Origin: Octopus sinensis
Lineage: Eukaryota
Assembly: GCF_006345805.1 (NCBI RefSeq)
Contig: NC_043000.1
Location: 46,624,001 to 46,688,000, forward strand
Reading direction: 5' to 3'
Length of the DNA stretch: 64,000 nt
The notes under the pieces are model-generated. The model was given only the letters and a program-made list of their open reading frames with translations. It was not told the origin of the DNA and ran no database searches. The first letter of the stretch is position 1; each line of letters opens with the position of its first letter. The translations under genes were made by a program, and so were the position numbers. Positions 53,446-64,000 of the stretch are shown piece after piece.

Positions 53446-53751
53446 ATCGTGGCCGTTGCCAGCCTCGCCTGGACCCCATGCTGGTGGCATGTAAAAAGCA
53501 CCATCCGATCATGTCCATTGCCAGCCTTGCCTGTCCCCTGTGCCGGTGGCACGTAAAAAGCACCATCTGATCGTGGCTATTGCTAGCCTCGCCTGGCCCC
53601 CGTGCCAGTGGCACGTAAAATGCACCATCTGATCGTGGCTGTTGCCAGCATTGCCTGGTCCCTGTGCCAGTGGCATGTAAAAAGCACCATCTGACCGTGG
53701 CCGTTTACCAGCCCCATCTGGCAACTGTGCCGGTGGCACGTAAAAAGCACC
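53446..53751 (+). repeat. Five 62-bp tandem units inside a family-D element (53446-53912)
   Basis: Units start at 53446, 53508, 53570, 53632 and 53694. Each carries a variant of GTGCCGGTGGCACGTAAAAAGCACC. Confidence 0.9.
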
Positions 53752-56700
53752 ACTACACTCATGGAGTAGTTGGCATTAGGAGGGGCATCCAGCCGTAGAA
53801 ACATTGCCAGATCAGACTGGACCTGGTGCAGACTTCTGGCTTCCCAGACCCCAGTTGAACCGTCCAACCCATGCTAGCATGGAAAGCGGAACGCTAAATG
53901 ATGATGATGATGCCGTCCCTCGTGCCAACCTCTTTACAGAATCTACTGGATGCTTTTTACCTGGCACCAGCGTCAGTGCTTCTAATGTGGCACCAGCAAC
54001 TGTGCTGGTGCTACTGGTGCTTTTTATGTTGCACCAATACCTGTACTTTATACATTGCACTGGTTCTGGTGTCACATAGTTAATCCCAGGTAACCCTGAT
54101 CAAGCAAACTTAAGACCAAAAAATGTTCCAGCTTCTATCATCTCATCCTTGATTTTTTTTTCGTTCTTGTATAGCTACAACTACATCATCCTTTATTTTA
54201 GATGGCAGGGTTTGATATGAGGAAGGTTTAGCTGCTATATCTACCAAATTGAATGATAGCATAAAACATAGCTTTACAATGTTCCTGTGACTTTATCACC
54301 CTATCTCTTAATGCTTATTACATATAATATTCTTCTTGGCATTTTTGCCAGTTGCATTGTTTCAATTTGACACCTTGCAATACTCTTGAAACTAGTTCAA
54401 TACTGTATAAGCAAATTTTCAACCTTTTCATCACCAAAGACCATTGTATTTAGATGAATTTTCCCATAGGGCCTAGGCATTTGAAAGGTAAGTCTACTTA
54501 ATAAGCCAATTTTATTAACTAACAACAAACTCATTTTCTCAGTTTCATCTCTCAAATGAAATATATATATACATATATATGAATATATATAACTGAATAA
54601 TATATGATGGACTCTCATGTCAATTTCAATGTATGAACATCCAGCTATACGATTAACTGGACAACCTACTCATTGAATTAGCATGCAAAGTGGTTGGTCC
54701 TTAATGCAATTCTCAGGTTGAATCAGTGTGACATAAATGTGTAAAGGTTGGAACTTTGAATTACAATCCATTTTATAGACTCTCATTATCCAGTTTACTC
54801 ACAAATCATGGATGACTTAAAATTATAGTAAATATGTTTATCTAAGATGCCATGTAGTAGGATCAAACCTAGTGAGCCAAATAATTTATACATTTTACAC
54901 ATCATCATCATCATTATCATTATCATCATTTAACATCCCTATTTCCATGGAGAGTTTGACAGAACCTAATAGCTCTAAAGACTGCATTAGGCTATAGTGT
55001 CTGCTTTGGCATGGTTTCTATGACTGGATGCTCTTCCAAATGCCAAACACTTTACTATATGAACTGGGTGCTTCGTTTATGGGGTAAAATTTTGAATTCT
55101 GCACACAAATCCCCCTTTGTAGAACTTTTGAGATTTTCAACCCTCAGGGTAAGAAACTGCTATTCTAAGGTGTTTCAACACCCTGGTTATAAATTAGATG
55201 CAGTTTCATTAACTCAATATTGTTAAAGACATGTTTAAATTGTGTTTAGTTTGTGGTGGTTGGCAGAGAGAATACAGGTGGATCTTTGCAATACAACTTA
55301 ACATTATCTTGCTAGTGAAATGGGGGTTTGAAACTACCAAATAAATAATTCTATAGTTTTCTTTCCAGCAATTAATTCAATAAGTTTATTTGACCACCAT
55401 GAGAATCTATTGAAGAACTGCTTGGAAAAAGGTGAAAAGTTGACAGTGATTTACAAGTAGTAATATAAGCTTCAGTTTACAGTCTTTCTTTTCTGTTGCT
55501 TTTTTCTTTTCTTTTCTCTTCTTTTTTTTGTTGGCCTTTGCATAAAATGACTGGCATTTGTTTATCCCCGAATTATACTTTAAATATTCAGTGACACAAA
55601 ACTATCCATTCATGATAGCATAATTGGAGATGTCTGCTATATTAAGTATTATCTACTTTATAAAATGTTCTACTTTTACTTAATGCCAGCAGTATCTTCA
55701 ATATAATACTATTACCGTAAGCAATGTTGTAATGTGCTACCATTTCATTCTTTTATGGTTAACAAGTGACTTTTATCTTCAGCAGTGTGATTACAGAATA
55801 GTCATTCAGTTTTAGAGATGTTCAAGTTTCTGATATGAAGAAGTGTCATTAATTAACACACTTCTTCTACATTGTAAGATATTTTTAGAGAAACTGAAAA
55901 TAAATGAAATTAAAACAACCCAGTCTTATAGTCTTCTTAATCTTTGCAGACTTTCATGTTTGCAAACAAAATATAAATGCATTTTGCAGAAATCCAGTTT
56001 ATATTTAGTGCAAATCATTAATGGTCATGTGGCTTGTATACAAACTGTTTACAAAAATGCATTCATTTTGATTGTATCTTCTTCACGAAATACTTATTTC
56101 TTTATTGCCCACAAGGGGCTAAACATAGAGGGGACAAACAAGGACAGACAAATGAATTAAGTCGATTACATCAACCCCAGTGCGTAACTGGTACTTATTT
56201 AATCGACCCCAAAAGGATGAAAGGCAAAGTGGAATTAGAACTCAGAACGTAGCAGCAAACGAAATACTGCTAAGCATTTCGCCTGGCATGCTAACGATTC
56301 TGCCAGTTCACCGCCCATGCTCAATGAATCATGGAGTCAAGTGTCACTGTTGCTGTTACTGCTTAGCCCCAAGTCAATCTTGATAGAGCAATCCTATGAT
56401 CAAAAGCATTTCAGACCTGATAATTTTATCTCATATTTGAGTTATCATCTAATGTGTTATTCCCGTTTTTAAGATGGCAGACCATTAACTGAGAAAATGT
56501 TAGCTGCTATTTCTAGCATGTTGAATGAGCACATGAAGTCATGGTCGTAGGTCAAATGATGAAGAATTTGCAGCCAGCTGTTCAAATAGCATGCCATGAA
56601 GGTTTACTCCACAGTTTGTTCTTTTGATACTGATTCACTTCAAATATACTATTTTTATTTGTAATATACATGCACGATCACATTTATTAAATATTTGCAG

Positions 56701-58653
56701 CAATTTCTACTTTAAAAAGATGACGACAATCTTTAGTTTATCTAGAAATATTAACTTACTCAGAATTGTTACATCCAAGCCAACCAGAAAATGGTTAAAG
56801 TTGAACTAAATAAAAAACAGGCACAAAAATAAGCAAAAGAAGCTAAAATAAAATTTTACTCTTACAAATTATTTTTGTCAGAAAACTATTTCTTTTTTTT
56901 TTTTTTGAAATACTGCATTAATTTACGTGATTAAGCCAAGCAAATTATTTTACTAATCTATAACTTTCACAGTGTCTAATGTACTGCTTGCAGGTATACA
57001 ATATTTGTAGATTTCCTTTCTGCAGTTAAAATGAGCAAATCTTTTTAAAAATCACATACTTTCTCTTTGAAAATATGTGCTCCTGTGCAAAATTTCAGGT
57101 TTTGAAGCTCAAAGGTTTGGCCTACAACTTGGAACATACATTCACTTCTATATCATTAGATATTAGAAGAAAATCTCTTACTATCTTTCTTCATTGGCCT
57201 TCCAATTTTCTCTACCTTTCTTTCTCTGACATTGCTATTTCAAAAGGAATCTGCAGGTATTGTTATTTGCAGATTTTTTATCATTTTTAACTGACCCACT
57301 CATTTCTCCTTCTTTTGTCACCTGTGATATATCTACATGCCTCTCAAAGTGCTTTTCAATCTTCCTTACATATGTTTTCCTTCCTGTGCCTGTCAACTTT
57401 CAGTGGTTTGAGAAGAACATCAACTTCGAAGTTAATATTCCTGGAGGACACCCTACCCACAAAGATGAATATTTCATTTAATATCTACTCTATTAAGAAT
57501 TTACAATATACTGTTAATGATTACAAAAAAAAACATGAATATTATAAAATTCTCATATTCTCTCTTGTCCAAGAATTCCTGGCAACATAAAACATCTAGA
57601 TTCCATTATTCTTTGGTACCAAAATTTAGAAAATATAGAGTAGAGGAGTAAATCAAACTTGCCCGGTTTCATTAATTTTCTTGACTTTATATTATTCCCA
57701 GGATAACATGAAAACGATTAAATTCTTATTTTTCCCCTAAGATTGATGTAAATAATATTTCTGAGTCAAGTTTTCATTCAGTATTCAACAGTCTTTTGAA
57801 GGATTATTAAAACTACAAAGAAATTGGATTCATCAATCAACTATTGAGAACCATTTTTCTTTAAAATGATTATGCTGCAATATATTCTAAGCAACGTTAA
57901 GCATTACATCCATGGTTTATGAACCTTTATGATGACTTAGATTCATGATTCTTAATTTCAAAATCATAAGAGCAGTATATTGCATCAATTCTGCTTACAA
58001 AAGAGTGATTTCTATACAACAATATTTATTATTGTTGTTATTGTCATTATATGTCGCAGATATATATGTTGGCAAAGATCTGCTTAGAAGGTAATTTCTT
58101 CTAGGATTTCTTGATAGAAGGAAAAAAAAAAGATTTTTCTGGCTTTATTATTATTATTTTTATTATGCTACAAAATGCTTTGGTATATTTAAATACCCAC
58201 CTAGGTAATGGAAAAGATGATTCATCTTTGGACATTTTATTGTCTCTGTATATTTTTGCAAGCATAAGTTTTTATATCTTTATCAATGGTTCAATATAGC
58301 AACTTCAGTTGTAGCAGGTGGTGGCAACGAATACACAAACCCACACATTTTATAGGAACAGAGACAGATTAAAGAAGAAAACAGGGCAGAAAAAATTAAC
58401 TCTTTAAGCAAAGAGCACAGACAAACACAATTTAAGAACCAAAAGAAAATTTGGTGATAACACACTTAAATAGCAAAAACAAAAGCATCAATCAGAGCAG
58501 TAACTCATCTTCTGCTAGTGAAAAAGAAACCAAATGGAAATACTTGATACTCCAAGGAAAATAAACAGAATGGAAGAGGTACCTCATTTCCCAGTAAATC
58601 TATCCAAGAAAAATCAAGGAGAAAAATGACATTATTTTGTTTTTCATAATCAG

Positions 58654-59037
58654 AGTTTATATATGCCCTCAAAAAAGAAGTGGAGGATGTATGCTCCCTA
58701 AATAAGGAGGAAATATATGAAACATTTAAGACTGGGGAGGAGGTGAGAAACAATCAGCATTCTTGCACTACATATCTAACCTCTTGGTGGTTCCACAATA
58801 CTCAGGCAAGAGAAACCCAAGATCCACAGTCAGAGGCAATAGTGCTAACACGGTTTCCTTAGCTCATTGTTTTCTTAAGTGCATACTTTGGGCAGCTGAT
58901 GAGGATGGAGGTGAACTGCTACAACATATTGTTGGGCAGAATTTGCATATAGATCCAGGGACTGATAATCCACAAGCACCACAAGTTTATCCCAGCATTA
59001 GGACACTTAGAAGAGGTCAGTCAGATTACTCGTGCAG
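58654..59037 (+). other. Protein-like segment: decayed LINE ORF1 or two small exons (58654-58742, 58880-59037)
   Basis: Two overlapping open frames with plausible splice signals. No family confidently recognised. Confidence 0.3.
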
Positions 59038-60162
59038 GTAAAAAACTTCTCATGCTACACGTGTGTGTCCAAATCATGTCAGAACATATTGCTTAAAAAG
59101 AGAAATGAAAAATAAAATTAGTGGCAGATAGAAACAGGTAATCATAATTAGTATTGTTGCCACAATACCACTGGGTGGATATACTGACAAGTAAAGGAAA
59201 CTATTCAGAGGATTTAGGACTATTACCAGATTTGCTAAGACCAAAGGTTGGTACTTCTAGAAGATTCAATTTGCAGATGGCAGTTGGTGTGAACATATGT
59301 TCTGAGTTGAAGGATGTCATGACAGATTTGTTTCTCACTTGTCTCTGGGTATTCCACTCTTATTTGTTTTTTGTACTAAATTTTTTACCTGTTTTAATAT
59401 ATTTGTTTCAAATTTTGGCACAAGGTCAGCAATTCTGGGAGTAGGAGGCAAACTGAATACTTCGACCCCAATCTTCAACTGGTATTTATTTTATCAATCC
59501 TGAAAGGATGAAAGGCAAAGTTGGCCTTCTGAGCATTTCATCTCAGATGGACAAAATAACACTAGGCATTTTGCCCTGCATGCTAACAATTCTACCTGCT
59601 CACCATCTTAATCTGTTTTAATATGTTGCATTACAAAAGTGGCCAGCTGGTAGAAACTTTAGCATGCTGAGCGAAATGCTTAGCAGTACTTCATCTGTCT
59701 TAATATTCTGAGTTCAAATTCCACCAAGGTCAACTTTGCCTTTCATCCTTTCGCGGTCAATAAATTAAGTACCAGTTGCATACTGTGGTTGATCTAATCG
59801 ACTGGCCTCCTCTCCAAACATTTCAGGCTTTGTGCCTAGAGTTGTAAAGGTTATTATATCTGTGTTAAGGTGGCAATCTGGCAGAAACTTTAGCATGCTG
59901 GGTGAAATGCTTAGCAATATTTTGTCTCTCTTTACGTTCTGAGTTCAAATTCCGCCAAGGTCAACTTTGCCTTTCATCCTTTCGGGGTCAATAAATTAAG
60001 TACCAGTTGCGTACTGGTCCCCCTTCCCCCAAAATTTCGGGCCTTGTGCTTAGATTAGAAAAGAATATATTACATTACATTGTTGTTCTTCACCCAATAT
60101 ATGCATGAATATATGTGTGAATCTGCATGTATGTGCATATGTATGTGTGTGTACATATATAT

Positions 60163-60595
60163 GAGAAAGTAAGCAGGGATGTCAGGAAGGGCATCGCTGT
60201 TACACTTTCAGAAGGGAAGGGTCTTCCTTTGATTCTGACATGCAATGTCTGTGCAAGACTCTCCATCAGTAAAGCTGGACTCATGAGTCATCTTCGTAGT
60301 CATAAAACGAGAAAGATGAGTGACAACCTGGTCACTGGTGGTGGTATAACAGACCATACTAATCATAACTGTCGGGCATGTGGAAGAGAGTGTAATTCGG
60401 CAGGAGGACTTAAACGATATGCAAAGGTACATGAAGCCCAGTTACAACTACAGCTGGCTATTACCAGTAAAGGTTTTAGTTGCCAATTTTGTACAAGACA
60501 TTGTAGATCTTTAGCTGGGCTAAAAAGTCACATTCGATCACAGCAAGCTTCGTGCAATGGCCATACTTGATAATGAGCAGCCATAACATAATGTA
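60163..60595 (+). mobile_element. 3' fragment of an RTE-clade LINE encoding three C2H2-type fingers (two degenerate)
   Basis: CNVCARLSISKAGLMSHLRSH, CRACGRECNSAGGLKRYAKVH, CQFCTRHCRSLAGLKSHIRSQ. No TGEKP linkers, short 3' tail, flanked by microsatellite. Confidence 0.7.
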
Positions 60596-61148
60596 CATAT
60601 ATGTATGTGTGTTCATATGTATGTGTGCATATGTGTGCTTGGCAACATGCTTCGTAACCCCTTTTATCTAATATATCTTGCATTGCATGTATGGGACAAT
60701 GTGGACAATTAAAAAAGGAAGTGGACTGGCAGAATTATTAGAGTTTTAAACAAAATAATAATGTGTTTGTTCTGACACTTTCCATTCTGAATTCAAATGT
60801 TGCTGGAGTCAATTTTGCCTGTCACACATCAAGTGTCAATAAAATAAACTACCTTTCGTGTATTGATGACAGTTTAATTTCTAACTCCATTCCTAAAATT
60901 TCTGACCTTGGACCTTGTATCAGTGCAATATTTTTTTTTTTCTGAGAGAATTGTTAAAATGTTGGAAAAATGTGTTGTAGTATTTGTTCTAATACGTTTT
61001 TTTCCTGAGTTTTTAAATTTCTGCCAACGTTAAATTAGCCTTCCGCCTTTTCTGAGTCAGTGTAAGGCAGCACCAGTCAAGTATTAGGGTCAATGGTATC
61101 AATTAACCACTGCACCTTAAAATTACAGCCTTGTGCTTAAGTAAGAAA

Positions 61149-61260
61149 TTCTTCTTCTTCTTCTTCTTTTCTTCTTCTTCTTCTTCTTCTTCTTCTTCTT
61201 CTTCTTCTTCTTCTTCTACTTCTTCTTCTTCTTTTCTTCTTCTTTTTATTATTATTATTA

Positions 61261-61294
<34 letters not shown>

Positions 61295-61381
61295 TTTTAT
61301 TATTATTATTATTATTATTTATTATTATTATTATCATCATTATTATTATAATTATCATTATTATCATCATCATCATCATCA

Positions 61382-61417
<36 letters not shown>

Positions 61418-61425
61418 TATAATTA

Positions 61426-61458
<33 letters not shown>

Positions 61459-61923
61459 TATTATTATTATTATTGTTATTATTATTATTTACTGAGAGAG
61501 CACTGCATGTCATCAAAGTGACACTGGGGTAAAATATACGAAGTCCAATATACCCATCATGACTACCCATGTGATAAGGGTACACCAGGCATATGCATCA
61601 CAATCATACAGTGATCTCATATCAAGATAAACAGTATATGACCTTGTCGGTGAGGACCAGTTAAAATTTTCTTCAGGTCAAGTAGCTCATCCTGCACAAA
61701 TGGTCCTTGAATAAAGGTTGTTTGATATTGAATGAGACACCTATGTTTCCAGAGGTGAATTATTCAAACCCAAAAGAATTCCTCTCGACACACAAGGCTG
61801 TGATGCTCCACCACTACTTCTGCTCATGATCAGAGATGCACATATCGTCTGCCACTAAGCGACATGTTCAACTGGTTATGGTCAAGCAAATCTGACAAGC
61901 AATCTGTGGTACTGAGCAGAATA

Positions 61924-61957
<34 letters not shown>

Positions 61958-61996
61958 ATTATTATAATTATTATATTATTATCATCATCATCATCA

Positions 61997-62040
<44 letters not shown>

Positions 62041-62044
62041 ATTA

Positions 62045-62094
<50 letters not shown>

Positions 62095-62543
62095 GTTATT
62101 ATTATTATTTACTGAGAGAGCACTGCATGTCATCAAAGTGACACTGGGGTAAAATATACGAAGTCCAATATACCCATCATGACTACCCATGTGATAAGGG
62201 TACACCAGGCATATGCATCACAATCATACAGTGATCTCATATCAAGATAAACAGCATATGACCTTGTCGGTGAGGACCAGTTAAAATTTTCTTCAGGTCA
62301 AGTAGCTCATCCTGCACAAATGGTCCTTGAATAAAGGTTGTTTGATATTGAATGAGACACCTATGTTTCCAGAGGTGAATTATTCAAACCCAAAAGAATT
62401 CCTCTCGACACACAAGGCTGTGATGCTCCACCACTACTTCTGCTCATGATCAGAGATGCACATATCATCTGCCACTAAGCGACATGTTCAACTGGTTATG
62501 GTCAAGCAAATCTGACAAGCAATCTGTGGTACTGAGCAGAATA

Positions 62544-62614
<71 letters not shown>

Positions 62615-62697
62615 TATTATCATTATTATATTATTATATTATTATTATTATTATTATTATTATATTATTGTTATTATTATTATTATTGTTATTGTTA

Positions 62698-62747
<50 letters not shown>

Positions 62748-62750
62748 GTT
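61149..62750. repeat. (TTC)n/(ATT)n tracts with a 620-bp tandem duplication of a family-F copy
   Basis: 61491-61925 and 62111-62545 are almost identical (two substitutions seen). Confidence 0.9.
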
Positions 62751-64000
62751 AAACGTGGAAAAGGAGATTCTTCCTTCAACTTCTGAGAACTTTGTCAATT
62801 AAAATGATGGCTACAGATTGATAATGCCTCAATTTACACTCAGTAAATATTATGTCCATGCTTTATAATTCTTTCATGTTAACTAAGATTTCTGCTTCTT
62901 AATTTCAATAAGAATTTAATGAAATAGGAGTATAGTGCATTAATTCTGCATTTGAAAGTTTCATTTACTAAATTACAAGTGAATTTCTCCTCTTTTACTG
63001 AATATGTATGAATATTAAACAATGGCGAGATTATTGATTATATAAATGTCATTGATTCCTTACTTTGCAACTAGGCTAGAATCAGATGTTTCAGAAACAT
63101 AGTTCATTGAATCAACCCAAGTACATTATAGATTCTTATTTAAGAGATCTATGGGATGGGTGGCAGCTGGTCTTGGGTGGGATAAAGGTAAATATGCTGC
63201 AAAGTATAGTCAGTTTCGACTGGATTCAATCTTGTGACTAACTATAAATTATGACAATACCAGTGTTAGAGTTGGTGACTAGAAAAGCATATGGCCACAG
63301 GTATTCCATATTAACCAATATGAGCATGGAAAAGTGGACATTACAGTGATGATGAAGATCATGACTGATTATAAAACCTCTGAGACTTGTAGGAGGGTGG
63401 AAGAAATGTATCCCCTACTAGAAACCTGGTTCAAACACTTGCAATAGAGTGGAGTCTACTACAGTCACCTTAGAACAAGGGGTGATAGCTCAGTGGTTAG
63501 AGCATCGGGCTATCATTCATGAGGTAGTGATTTCAATTCCTGGACCGGGCTGTGTGCTGTGTTCTTGAGCAAGACACTGTATTTCTCATTGCTCCAGTTC
63601 ACTCAGCTGTAGAAATGACTTCCAGCATCATTGGTGCCAAGCTATATAGGCTTTTGCCTTTCCCATCAGTAGTGTGGAGAGGGGAGGCTGGTATGCATGG
63701 GTGGGTACTGGTCTTCCATAACCAACCTTGTCCAGACTTGTGCTTTGGAGGGTAATTTTCAAGGGGTCTTTACTCTTTTTATTGTTCCAGGGAAAGATTT
63801 AAATCTAATGACAAAGCAGGTTACAGCAGCATTTGAACTCAAAATACAAGAGTCCAGAACTACTATTGCTAGGCCTTGAGTTCAACATTCTAATAATTTC
63901 ACCATTTCACTACCTTGGTTGGTATTTTATTTATAGCCTCCTTCAGGATGAAAGGTAAAGTTGACCTTGGTAAGCATTGAACTTAGAATGCAAGAAGGTA

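Noticed and set aside
53446-53751. CRISPR-like periodic array
   Set aside because: Whole units repeat with no unique spacers, eukaryotic context, no cas genes.

Overview
AT-rich, microsatellite-saturated eukaryotic DNA. The repeat repertoire (tRNA-derived SINEs with (GAT)n or (GTAAAAGA)n tails, RTE LINE with C-terminal C2H2 fingers) points to an octopus or coleoid cephalopod; this is an inference. No intact protein-coding gene is evident, and nearly all listed ORFs are microsatellite or SINE artefacts. The window holds fragments of CR1, R4/Dong-like (RLE), RTE and Penelope-like (PLE) retroelements, a Gypsy gag relic, several SINE families, non-autonomous Helitrons and a piggyBac MITE. Two things stand out. 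(1) Six minimal type-I hammerhead ribozyme (HHR) motifs occur at five loci with unrelated flanks, four of them inside inverted-repeat insertions. One has a compensatory G3-C8 core swap (48220-48270) and one lies downstream of a tRNA-like Pol III head (2954-3183). (2) A TSD-flanked insert consists of a solo LTR, a 37-nt copy of the tRNA-Trp 3' half including CCA, and an inverted copy of the LTR start (26155-26679). All structures were read by eye. Coordinates of decayed repeats are approximate and none of this was checked computationally.
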